Positions 1-8,189 of a stretch of 37,946 nt of DNA are shown one piece after another. The notes under the pieces are model-generated. The model had not been told where the DNA came from and did not search any database. It was given only the letters and a program-made list of their open reading frames with translations. Made by a program: the position numbers and the translations under genes. Within the stretch, counting starts at the first letter, position 1, and the number at the start of each line of letters is the position of its first letter. Where the stretch lies: IMG/VR virus record IMGVR_UViG_3300037851_000327, positions 1 to 37,946 of that record. One strand, 5' to 3'. This stretch comes from a virus (taxonomy: Duplodnaviria; Caudoviricetes).

Positions 1-39
1 GGTTCTGTTTTTGGGGGGGGGGGGGGGGGGTGTGGGGGG

Positions 40-165
40 GGGATTGGCGGTCGACGAGGAAGGCGGTGGTTTCGGAGGTGATCAGATGGTTGGATTTAGG
101 TCGCATTTTGTCACCAGGTGCGGGTTATGCGGCGAATCAGAGGGTCATGGAGGGGGGAGGAGTGG
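40..165. repeat. Terminal direct repeat (assembly circularisation overlap), left copy
   Basis: 126 nt identical to 37821-37946. Confidence 0.95.
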
Positions 166-231
166 GTATTGGGGGTATATGTGGGGGGTAGTGGTGGTTT
201 TAGGGGGTTATTGACATGGGTGGGAGGCTGG

Positions 232-272
232 TGATCCGAAGTCAGATGCTCTGTCCATTGAGCTACGAGGGC
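232..272 (-). pseudogene. 5' half of tRNA-Arg(UCG); candidate attP
   Basis: Minus strand reads GCCCTCG TA GCTC AATGGACA GAGC A TCTGA CT TCG GA TCA: acceptor 5' strand, D arm, anticodon stem and loop. tRNA similarity then stops. Lies about 125 bp upstream of the integrase start on the circle. Confidence 0.85.
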
Positions 273-383
273 GATATATGGGGTGGGAAGTGCAATTGGG
301 CGTGGTTTGGATAGGGGTGGGGGGTATTTTTTCCTTGTAATCTGTGGGTTTTAATAGTATCAGATGGTTACTTTTGGCGGTCC

Positions 384-695
384 TTATGCGCTGAGCAGGG
401 ACTTTATTTGATTCCGGTGGTCGGTTATATCGTCCGTGATGTCGTCGATGTCGTCTTGCAGACGGCGCTTTTTGATGGTCTGGGTTATGGCGGAGGCAGC
501 CCCGGCGAGCAAAATTAGTCCACCACAGTACCAAAATCTGATCATCATGATCAGAATGATCAACCCGAGGAAGAAGCCAATGGCGGCAACCATGTGGCGC
601 TTGGAGAGCTCGTCTTTCTTCTTTTCCAAAAGACGACGCTGTTCTTCCAGCTGGGTGATCTCCAGTTCGATCAGTTTTATCTGGTTATCATTCAT
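384..695 (-). CDS. Two-TM membrane protein with coiled coils, co-transcribed with the repressor
   Basis: 103 aa with two hydrophobic helices; 4-nt overlap with the repressor stop. Confidence 0.7.
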   Translation of the reverse strand: MNDNQIKLIELEITQLEEQRRLLEKKKDELSKRHMVAAIGFFLGLIILIMMIRFWYCGGLILLAGAASAITQTIKKRRLQDDIDDITDDITDHRNQIKSLLSA

Positions 696-1027
696 TTTTT
701 GCGGCTCTTGGTAATTAGATAGAGAGTTACTTCATCATGGATCTGTCTTTTGATTTCATCGTTTAGTTCGGACCAATAGGTGCTGAGGAATTCATAGATG
801 GGATCAGGGCGCTCAAGGTCTAGTGCATCGTAAACTTCAGGGCCAAAGGCGCGGGCGAGGGCTTTGAGATGGTCTGAAGAGGGGGGATATTTACCGCTGA
901 TCCAGTTGGAGACATTTTGCTGAGTGACACCGATATATTTGGCGAATTCTTCCTGGGTGACGCGTCTGCCTGATTGTACTTCGTATTTGTGCATCTGCTC
1001 AAGCATGTAATTTGCAAATTTGTTCAT
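692..1027 (-). CDS. XRE-family HTH immunity repressor (CI-like, no S24 peptidase domain)
   Basis: TQEEFAKYIGVTQQNVSNWISGKYPPS HTH_3 motif; divergent from a Cro-like gene. Confidence 0.88.
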   Translation of the reverse strand: MNKFANYMLEQMHKYEVQSGRRVTQEEFAKYIGVTQQNVSNWISGKYPPSSDHLKALARAFGPEVYDALDLERPDPIYEFLSTYWSELNDEIKRQIHDEVTLYLITKSRKK

Positions 1028-1033
1028 GCAGTT

Positions 1034-1063
1034 AGTTTATCAAATTATCTTTATTTTGGTAAA
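1034..1063 (-). promoter_or_regulatory. Repressor promoter (pRM-like), probably giving a leaderless mRNA
   Basis: Minus strand TTTACC-18 nt-TAAACT with TGn extension; ATG 6 nt after the -10. Confidence 0.5.
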
Positions 1064-1068
1064 TAGAC

Positions 1069-1097
1069 TTGACAAATTTACAAATGACTTGTAAAAT
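1069..1097 (+). promoter_or_regulatory. Early rightward sigma70 promoter with overlapping operator palindrome
   Basis: TTGACA(1069-1074)-17 nt-TAAAAT(1092-1097); TTTACAA-N5-TTGTAAA palindrome at 1077-1095. Confidence 0.75.
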
Positions 1098-1137
1098 ACT
1101 CTTGACAGGTTAAATAAAAGCGATACGTAAGGATGGG

Positions 1138-1434
1138 ATGATGTTCGTTGGTGATGTGGTAAGGAATTATAAGGCGGAAAGCAGCTTGAGGGAGTTCGCT
1201 GAACGGTTGAACCAGGGGCTACCGGATGATAAGCGGATCACTTATGCATCGATCGGGTATTGGATCAATCAGCAGGGGAACCCGAGCACGGATTATCTGA
1301 TCAATTTGCTATTACATACGAGGGATTGGCGGTTTGATTTTGCGCTGGAGTGTCTGTGCGCAATCAGGCCGGATGTTTGGGGCAGGCCAGACGGGAAGAT
1401 GTGGCGCCTGGCTAAGCAAATGAGAGGCGATTAG
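1138..1434 (+). CDS. Cro-like HTH protein
   Basis: SLREFAERLN...ITYASIGYWINQQGNPS HTH pattern; first gene of the divergent operon. Confidence 0.75.
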   Translation: MMFVGDVVRNYKAESSLREFAERLNQGLPDDKRITYASIGYWINQQGNPSTDYLINLLLHTRDWRFDFALECLCAIRPDVWGRPDGKMWRLAKQMRGD

Positions 1435-1453
1435 CCGGAAGGGTGAGGGTGCA

Positions 1454-2419
1454 ATGTTCACAAGTCTTTGTACAATTGTCGATTCTAATATTGAGTGCTC
1501 TGGATGGCGGGAGGCCTTCGCAGGCTATCTGGAGGGCACAGGACGCAGCCCCCACACGCGAGAGGCGTATTTGTCGGACGTGTGGGGGTTTGCGCGCTGG
1601 TATGAGGGGGTAAATGGGGAGGCGTTCAGCCCGGAGTTTTTGACGGGAACAGATCTGCGAGCGTACCGGCGGGAATGTTTGGAGGTGGAGCGGTTGAAGC
1701 CGTCAAGCTGGAACCGGAAGCGGGCAGCATTGCGGGTGTTGTGGGGATGGGGGAAGCGGCAAGGGATGATCAGCCATGATTATGACATCTTCGAGGGGGT
1801 GAATGAGGCGGAGGAGGTGGAGCAGGCTCCGAGGTGGCTGGTGGAGAAGGATTATCTGCGGTTTATGCGGGAGGTGGAGAAGGGGATGGTGACGGCGAGG
1901 ACGGAGGCGGGTCGGTGGATGGCGGTACGGGACCGAGCGGTGGTGGCGTTGATGGTGTGGGCGGGGCTGAGGGAGGGGGAGGTATGCGCGTTGGAGGCGG
2001 GGGATGTGACGCTGAGCGAGCGGAAGGGGGAGGTGGTGGTGCGATTGGGGAAGGGCGGTAAGCGGAGGGTGGTGCCGTTGGGTTTGGAGGCGAGGCGGGC
2101 GGTGGGGGAGTGGATGGAGATGCATTCACAGGATGAACAGGATAGTTTTTTATTTGTAGGGAGGAGAGGGGAGAGGCTGGGGGTGCGAGGGGTGCAGCGG
2201 ATGGTGAAGGCAATTGGGGCGAGGGCGAAGGTGGATGTTACTCCGCATGTATTGAGGCATACGTTTTGTAAGCGGATGCTGGAGGCGAATGCGAAGGAGC
2301 TGGGGGCGGCAGCGATGGTGATGGTGGCCGAGCTGGCAGGGCATGCACGGCTGGATACGACCAGGCGGTATGTGCGGCCAGGCCGGGAAGAATTAGAGAA
2401 GGCTGTGGAGAGGATATGA
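1454..2419 (+). CDS. XerC/XerD-like tyrosine recombinase (second recombinase)
   Basis: SAM-like N-domain (SPHTREAYLSDV); catalytic motifs GLR, GKGGK, HVLRH, GH, TRRY. Confidence 0.92.
   Translation: MFTSLCTIVDSNIECSGWREAFAGYLEGTGRSPHTREAYLSDVWGFARWYEGVNGEAFSPEFLTGTDLRAYRRECLEVERLKPSSWNRKRAALRVLWGWGKRQGMISHDYDIFEGVNEAEEVEQAPRWLVEKDYLRFMREVEKGMVTARTEAGRWMAVRDRAVVALMVWAGLREGEVCALEAGDVTLSERKGEVVVRLGKGGKRRVVPLGLEARRAVGEWMEMHSQDEQDSFLFVGRRGERLGVRGVQRMVKAIGARAKVDVTPHVLRHTFCKRMLEANAKELGAAAMVMVAELAGHARLDTTRRYVRPGREELEKAVERI
2122..2144 (+). repeat. Family A repeat, in-frame in the recombinase (HSQDEQD)
   Basis: gcattcacaggatgaacaggata. Confidence 0.85.
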
Positions 2420-2438
2420 GCGGGAAGCGAGGTGGGGT

Positions 2439-2702
2439 ATGGCCAGGGCGGGAAGACCGGTGGCGGACGAGGTGGCGGAGCGGGATGGGCTGGAAACAGC
2501 TTTGATCGAGATGGTTTATTTGGGGATTGTGGTGGAGGAGGTGTGCATAAGGATACGGCAGGCGATATGGATGACAAATATGGTGGAGGATGTATTGGAG
2601 CCAGCTGAGGGGAGGCTGGCGGAGATCAAAGGTAGTTTGGCCTTGTTGCAGCTGGAGCTGCAGAGGATGTGGAACGAAGAAAGGAACAGGAGGTTAGGGT
2701 GA
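2439..2702 (+). CDS. Hypothetical protein
   Basis: 87-aa ORF with GAGG RBS, operonic. Confidence 0.55.
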   Translation: MARAGRPVADEVAERDGLETALIEMVYLGIVVEEVCIRIRQAIWMTNMVEDVLEPAEGRLAEIKGSLALLQLELQRMWNEERNRRLG

Positions 2703-3055
2703 AGACAATTTATATGATCGTGGATAAGAACCATAAGGAAGATGATGTGTTGGAGCTGCTTGAAAGTCTGGGGAATTTGTTCGGTAAGGAGCATGTGAAA
2801 TGGACGGAAGTCCTGGCAGTGGAGACGGATCTCCCGTGTATGGAGAAGCTGTTGAAATCAGTGAAGCTGAAGCGGGAGATGGATGAGCCGGTGGTCAGTG
2901 GGAATGGGAAAAAGATCCCACGGTGTCCGGATTGTGGGGCAAAGGTGTATATGGAAGGTAACCGATGCACGAGCTGCGCTAGACGGAAGTTGTTAGCGGA
3001 GAAGGCGGCAAAAGGTGAAATATCGATATTGGCTAAAGAGGAGGAAATGACATGA
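2699..3055 (+). CDS. Hypothetical Zn-ribbon protein
   Basis: CPDC...CTSC; GTG start after AGGAGG, overlapping the upstream stop. Confidence 0.65.
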   Translation: MKTIYMIVDKNHKEDDVLELLESLGNLFGKEHVKWTEVLAVETDLPCMEKLLKSVKLKREMDEPVVSGNGKKIPRCPDCGAKVYMEGNRCTSCARRKLLAEKAAKGEISILAKEEEMT

Positions 3056-3570
3056 AGAAGCAGTGGAATACCTATGGGGTACGATCTGGTTTGATGACGT
3101 GGCTGGTGTTTATGGTGATATTGAGCGGGTGTGGGGGAGCACCACCGATCGCTGACGGGGAGGTGGTGAGTATCTGGCACGGTTTCAGCCGGTTGGTGAT
3201 GCAGGATGCGATCACGGGCCGGGTGGGGACGGAGATCTTCGTGAAGGAAGGATATGTGCTATTTGCGAAGGCGACGGAGCAGGGAATGGCGTTCGTGGCG
3301 ATCAATACGGAGGAGCTGTCGAGTGCGAAGGTATGCGATATCGTGACCTGCGGGAATATCGTTAATATCAAAACCTGGGGGGAATTCAGGCAGTGGCTAG
3401 TGGAAGAGCAGGGTTGGACAGCTCAGATCATTCCGCTGGCGGTGCGGATAGGTAAGTGGGCAGCGGAGCAGGCTACAAGGCTCCAGCCTACGATCTTCGT
3501 GATCCCGGCAGGTATCGATGCACCCAGTGCGCTGGATGTACTGGGGTTCGAGGAAGGGATCGATCAATGA
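3052..3570 (+). CDS. Putative lipoprotein
   Basis: Signal peptide with lipobox ILSGC; GAGGAGG RBS. Confidence 0.7.
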   Translation: MKKQWNTYGVRSGLMTWLVFMVILSGCGGAPPIADGEVVSIWHGFSRLVMQDAITGRVGTEIFVKEGYVLFAKATEQGMAFVAINTEELSSAKVCDIVTCGNIVNIKTWGEFRQWLVEEQGWTAQIIPLAVRIGKWAAEQATRLQPTIFVIPAGIDAPSALDVLGFEEGIDQ

Positions 3571-3707
3571 GGGGGCTGCCAGCCAGGTCGTGCGTACTTT
3601 ACGAGAATTAGAACAGTTTGGTTTGCCATCGCATGTGTGGACTGGAAGATGCCCGAGCTCATAACGGGAGGCGATCTGGCTGGCAGGGATTTCGATTGGA
3701 GGGATGA

Positions 3708-4358
3708 ATGAAGAGTTTTATTTTGAAGTTCTTGGGGTATTTGTTCGTGGCGATCTGCCTGGTGGGGCCGGTGCTGTTGGCGCTGTTTTTAGGCGGATGT
3801 ACTGGTGTGATGGGGTTTGGGCCGTCGCCGTCGGAGTATTACCCAGCGCTGACTGAAGAAGCAGAGCGTGCCGAGTGGACGCCATATCCGACGATAACAA
3901 CGTCTCCCCCGCAACGTTTGCCGTCATTGAACAGGGATAACGTAGGATTAATAATTTCGGGAAGCGATAAAGTGTTGATGACACCTAAGTCTGGGTTCTG
4001 GCTACATGCAATTGTATATGATGAGACAGAGGAGATCGGGTGTTACGAAGGGGCTTTGGTTCAGTTTTGCGTGGAAGGGCAGGTCTGTATTAATGCATTC
4101 ACTGATGAATGGTGCGAAGCCAGGGTATGGATGGAGCCACCGAGCGGAGGATGGTCCTTCAATGAGGATTATCTGGTTTCGTTCGATATATGCATTATGA
4201 ACGAACCGGCAAGAGGTAAATGCGGATATGGATTTGCGACGATAGATTGGTATTACGGATACCTGGTCTATGATAAGCCGGAACACTGGGATGACCCAGC
4301 CTACTGCCAGCCAACCATACCCGGCGATTGTTTTGATCCAAAATATGCTGTTCCATAG
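3708..4358 (+). CDS. Putative lipoprotein or secreted Cys-rich protein
   Basis: Hydrophobic N-terminus ending FLGGC, followed by a Pro/Thr linker. Confidence 0.65.
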   Translation: MKSFILKFLGYLFVAICLVGPVLLALFLGGCTGVMGFGPSPSEYYPALTEEAERAEWTPYPTITTSPPQRLPSLNRDNVGLIISGSDKVLMTPKSGFWLHAIVYDETEEIGCYEGALVQFCVEGQVCINAFTDEWCEARVWMEPPSGGWSFNEDYLVSFDICIMNEPARGKCGYGFATIDWYYGYLVYDKPEHWDDPAYCQPTIPGDCFDPKYAVP

Positions 4359-4369
4359 TGGAGTCTGAG

Positions 4370-4441
4370 ATGATCGTGATTGTGTTTATTATCTGTGTGA
4401 TCATCTTATTCTGCCAGGGTGAGCCGGGATGGGGGTGGTAG
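4370..4441 (+). CDS. 23-aa single-TM micropeptide (MIVIVFIICVIILFCQGEPGWGW)
   Basis: GGAG 6 nt upstream; fills the operon gap; below the ORF-track cutoff. Confidence 0.4.
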   Translation: MIVIVFIICVIILFCQGEPGWGW

Positions 4442-4543
4442 ATGGAATGCTTATCTGTGATCGTAGTGTTGGTTGTAGTCTTGATCCGGCTATTGGTGGG
4501 GGATGGACCAAGCAAGAATGAGAATGATGAGATTGGATGTTAG
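4442..4543 (+). CDS. 33-aa single-TM micropeptide (MECLSVIVVLVVVLIRLLVG...)
   Basis: Starts immediately after the previous stop; hydrophobic. Confidence 0.4.
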   Translation: MECLSVIVVLVVVLIRLLVGDGPSKNENDEIGC

Positions 4544-4943
4544 GGATGAGGTCAATGCGCAAGAAGATGCTGAGGAGATCTATGAACCTGAAGAGATGGT
4601 TGAGGAATGCGAGGCGGAGTGTGACTGGATCAATTATGGGCATGAGCTGGTGATCAATCCAGAATATGTGGAGTACCAATTTCAGAGATATGAACAGGCG
4701 CAATGGAGAGTATTTAGGCGGGAGATAGATTGGATTATATGTGGAGCTGAGAGCGGACCAGGGAAAAGATTAATTGATATTGATACAGTGAGAGAGATTA
4801 AGAATATGTGTGTTCAAATGGAGATTCCATTCTTTTATAAGCAGGGGCCAGGGGACGATATTGTATGGGGGAAGATGCCGACGCTGGATGGGCGAGTGTG
4901 GGATCAGATACCCGAGTGGTCGGTGGCGGATAGATTATTTTGA
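4503..4943 (+). CDS. Truncated DUF5131 (Gp37/Gp68) family protein, C-terminal part only
   Basis: IDWIICGAESGPGKR...IPFFYKQG...LDGRVWDQIP matches the family C-terminus; no N-terminal Cys motif. Confidence 0.75.
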   Translation: MDQARMRMMRLDVRDEVNAQEDAEEIYEPEEMVEECEAECDWINYGHELVINPEYVEYQFQRYEQAQWRVFRREIDWIICGAESGPGKRLIDIDTVREIKNMCVQMEIPFFYKQGPGDDIVWGKMPTLDGRVWDQIPEWSVADRLF

Positions 4944-5017
4944 TATCAGTAGTAGTATGAATCACGATGTTCACTTTTACACCCGGGATGTGGGGACGGG
5001 GGGAAATGGGGAGGGGA

Positions 5018-5045
5018 TGGACGCATAATGTAGATTATGCGGCGT
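5018..5045. other. dif-like Xer recombination site
   Basis: TGGACGCATAA-TGTAGA-TTATGCGGCGT has the 11-6-11 layout and resembles E. coli dif GGTGCGCATAA-TGTATA-TTATGTTAAAT. Confidence 0.65.
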
Positions 5046-5222
5046 AACTGGCGGGGTAGGGGCTGGATCGGGCAGCTCTTCGAGCAATTATCGTGGTTTA
5101 TTTTGGTCGCATAACCCGATGGGAGAACAGTGCAGTATGTGAGGTCGCTGCGTTTTGGGTGGGGAACAATGTGGGTGCGCCGGAAAATTTCGGCTATTTT
5201 GTAGAAAGGGATTGATTACATC

Positions 5223-8183
5223 GTGGATGATATCGAGTTCAGGCAATTCATAGACGAATTGAAGGATAAGGCGGATCTGGCGCAGATTATGGGGGAAACG
5301 GGGGCGGAGTACCGCATTGAACCACGGAGACGGGGGAAGTACCTGATAGGAGCGGTGCACGATTCGCTGTGCGTGGATCCGGATGCGCAGATTTACACGT
5401 GGTTCAGCAAGAGCGGGCAAAATAAGAGCGGGGCGGAGAGCGGGGATGTGTTCGCCTGGCTGGAGCGGTATGGGAAGATGGAGTTTTGGCAGGCGGCGCT
5501 ATATCTGGCGGAGAAGTATGGTGTACGTGTGCCGAGCGGCGGTCCTGCTGCTGGGGTTGAGGATGCAACGCGGGCGCGGGCGTTCAAGATGCGGGCGGAG
5601 TCGTTCGAGGTGGCGGCTGGTTGGTTCGAGAAGCAACTGTGGGAGAGTGAGGCGCTGGGGTATGCCAGGTCGAGGGGATGGACGGATGAGACGATCAAGC
5701 TGGCGAGGCTGGGTTACAGCGACCCGACGAAGCGGGAAGACCTGGTGGGGGAGCTGCGCATGTATGGGGTGGATATTGATTCTCCAGATGTGGTGTTATT
5801 GGTGGGGGTGCGGGGGAGGGTGAAGGAGTGGTGTAAGAAGCAGGGTATCGAAGGGCAGGAGAACTGGCTGGAGCATGACCGGATTTATGGGTTGTGCGAT
5901 TTTCCGAGGCTGATTTATCCACATATGTGGCGGGGGAAGGTGGTGTATTTCTCAGCCAGGAATTTGAAGTGGGATGAGGGTAAGCTAAGGGGGGAATCGG
6001 ACAAGAGCAAGAAAGGGTTCAATCCACCGAGGATTTTGTCGGGTGAGAGGCAGCGGTATTTCAACCACGAGTACCGGAGCGGGGCGGAGATGGTGGTGGT
6101 GGTGGAGGGTCAGGCGGATGCGATCACGCTGGGGCAATGGGGGATTCCGGCTGTGGGGTTGGTGGGGCTGGCGGCAGAGGAGAAGCTGGGGGAGGTGCTG
6201 GCAAAGTGTAAGTACCGGTATGTAGCGCTGGACAATGATGCGAAGGGGATGGAGGCCAGATGGCGGGTAGGTGAGCTGCTGGGGCCAATGACGAGGATGG
6301 TGAGCTGGCCAGGGGAGTGGCAGGGTGAGGCGGTGAAGGATGCGAATGATTGGCTATGCGCGATGCAGGGCAATTCACAGGATGGACAGGATAAGACGGA
6401 TAGACAGGATATTGTTAAAGAAAAAGAGATTGTATTAGAGCATTTGAGCGGGGCGAAGACGCTGGTGGAGGAGCTGGCGGAGTGGGCTGGGACGAGGAAG
6501 GGGGCGGAGAAGGATGAGGCGGTGCGGAAGGTGTTCGGGCTGATCGGGAAGATGGGGAGGATGGAGAGGAGTCAGTACCGGACCAGGCTGGCGGAGGGGA
6601 TGAAAATTGGGGTAAGGGAGTTCAATGATATCTTGCGATCTGCTGCTGCTGAAGATGGGGAGGGGGACGGGGAGGGGAAGGCGGCAGAGATGGTGGAGAC
6701 GCTGGGGGGCTTCATCGACGGGTGGTTGGTGGAGTATTTGTATGATCCGGAGAAAAAGGCGGGGAAGTTTGCTTACCGTTCACCCGATGGTAAGGTGGAT
6801 ATGGCGGAGTCGCTGACGATCGAGGGGATCAAGTATATCCCGAAGTATCCGGGGAGCTTTATCCAGCGGGGGGCGTGCCTGTTTGCTTCTGAGCTGGGGG
6901 TGTTGAAGGGGACGAGGGAGCTGGTGGTGATGATCGAGAGCTTTATCCGGCGGTGGTACCTGCTGGAGAGCAAGTATATGTACCGGCTAATCGCGTATTA
7001 TGTGCTGATGACGTGGGTGTATGACAGTTTTTCGGCGCTGTGTTATTTACGGGCAACAGGAGAGGCAGGGGCAGGGAAGAGCGAGCTGATGCGCAGGATT
7101 GGGCCGATATGTTACCGATATATGCCTGCGAGCGGCTCCACGTCTCCCAGCTCATTTTTCCGGGCGATCGAGGAGTATAAGGGGACGCTGTTTATCGACG
7201 AGGCGGATCTGAAGGACGGGGGGGATATGAGCAACGATTTCGTGAAGGTATTGAATTTGGGGGCGATGAAGGGCGGGCATATCTGGAGAATGGAGGAGAC
7301 GCAGAAGGATGGCGGTGGAAGGGAGTTCGAGGTGGCGAGTTTCAACACGTTTGGGCCTAAGCTGATTGCGATGCGGAAGGAGTTCCGGGACGATGCGGTG
7401 GCAAGCCGGTCGCTGACGTTGAAGCTGATGCCCAGGGAGCCGTTGGAGCTGAAGCTGGCAGGGGTACCGCTGGTGGTGAGTGAGCAGTTCAACCGGGAGG
7501 CGCTGGGTATCCGGAATATGCTGTTGCGGTGGCGTCTGCATGTGTGGAAACCGGAGATCGAGATGGACGAGAGGGATGTGGACCTGGAGATATCAGCCAG
7601 GTTGAACCAGGTGACGATGCCGATCAAGGCGCTGGCGAGGGGGGACGAGGAGCTGCGGGGTGAGATCGAGCGGTTCCTGCGGGAGTATAACCGGGAGATT
7701 GTGCTGAGCCGGTCGATGACGCTGGCGGCGAGGGTGGTGGAGGCAATGTGGAAGATCCACCATTATCCGGATTTGCGCAGGATGCATGTGCAGAAGACGG
7801 AGGATGGGGATGAGTTCATGATGATCGGGGATGTACGGAAGATTGCGAACGAGCTGATCGACGAGATGAATGAGTCGAAGGGGGGTAGTGATTCGCAGTC
7901 CAGCGGTGACAGCGAGGAGAGGAAGGAGTGGAAGAAGAAGCGGGATGAGCTGAGCTCGAGAGGGGTAGGAGCGATCATCCGGCAGGAGTTGCAGCTGAGG
8001 GTGGGGAACCGGCGGGGGACGGGGTTCCCGGTGTATTGGGATGAGGTGAAGATGCAGGCGCTGGCGAAGCGGTATGGGTTTAATGTGGAAACGTTGAATG
8101 GGAGAGATTCACAGGATGGACAGGATAAGTTAATGGATGGGCAGGAGCATTTGAGGGGCAAGCCGATGCAGGAGGCGTTTTAA
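5223..8183 (+). CDS. DnaG-type primase fused to a P-loop helicase-like domain
   Basis: Toprim VVVEGQAD...ALDND; Walker A GEAGAGKS; Walker B LFIDEAD. Confidence 0.88.
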   Translation: MDDIEFRQFIDELKDKADLAQIMGETGAEYRIEPRRRGKYLIGAVHDSLCVDPDAQIYTWFSKSGQNKSGAESGDVFAWLERYGKMEFWQAALYLAEKYGVRVPSGGPAAGVEDATRARAFKMRAESFEVAAGWFEKQLWESEALGYARSRGWTDETIKLARLGYSDPTKREDLVGELRMYGVDIDSPDVVLLVGVRGRVKEWCKKQGIEGQENWLEHDRIYGLCDFPRLIYPHMWRGKVVYFSARNLKWDEGKLRGESDKSKKGFNPPRILSGERQRYFNHEYRSGAEMVVVVEGQADAITLGQWGIPAVGLVGLAAEEKLGEVLAKCKYRYVALDNDAKGMEARWRVGELLGPMTRMVSWPGEWQGEAVKDANDWLCAMQGNSQDGQDKTDRQDIVKEKEIVLEHLSGAKTLVEELAEWAGTRKGAEKDEAVRKVFGLIGKMGRMERSQYRTRLAEGMKIGVREFNDILRSAAAEDGEGDGEGKAAEMVETLGGFIDGWLVEYLYDPEKKAGKFAYRSPDGKVDMAESLTIEGIKYIPKYPGSFIQRGACLFASELGVLKGTRELVVMIESFIRRWYLLESKYMYRLIAYYVLMTWVYDSFSALCYLRATGEAGAGKSELMRRIGPICYRYMPASGSTSPSSFFRAIEEYKGTLFIDEADLKDGGDMSNDFVKVLNLGAMKGGHIWRMEETQKDGGGREFEVASFNTFGPKLIAMRKEFRDDAVASRSLTLKLMPREPLELKLAGVPLVVSEQFNREALGIRNMLLRWRLHVWKPEIEMDERDVDLEISARLNQVTMPIKALARGDEELRGEIERFLREYNREIVLSRSMTLAARVVEAMWKIHHYPDLRRMHVQKTEDGDEFMMIGDVRKIANELIDEMNESKGGSDSQSSGDSEERKEWKKKRDELSSRGVGAIIRQELQLRVGNRRGTGFPVYWDEVKMQALAKRYGFNVETLNGRDSQDGQDKLMDGQEHLRGKPMQEAF
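6370..6411 (+). repeat. Family A repeat, in-frame in the primase (NSQDGQDKTDRQD)
   Basis: gcaattcacaggatggacaggataagacggatagacaggat, directly after the Toprim domain. Confidence 0.85.
8107..8146 (+). repeat. Family A repeat, in-frame at the primase C-terminus (DSQDGQDK)
   Basis: attcacaggatggacaggata. Confidence 0.8.
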
Positions 8184-8189
8184 TGTCAG

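Noticed and set aside
1-39. Poly-G run and the 67-aa Gly-rich ORF (11-214); possible G-quadruplex
   Set aside because: Aligns as a degraded copy of 37782-37820, consistent with a low-quality read end
40-165. Biological terminal repeat of the virion DNA
   Set aside because: The 126-nt length is typical of assembler k-mer overlap, and it cuts through the int start
232-272. Functional phage tRNA gene
   Set aside because: No T arm or 3' acceptor strand follows the anticodon loop
1454-2419. Integron integrase with family A repeats as attC sites
   Set aside because: No IntI-specific insertion is evident, and the repeats lack the RYYYAAC...GTTRRRY palindromic structure
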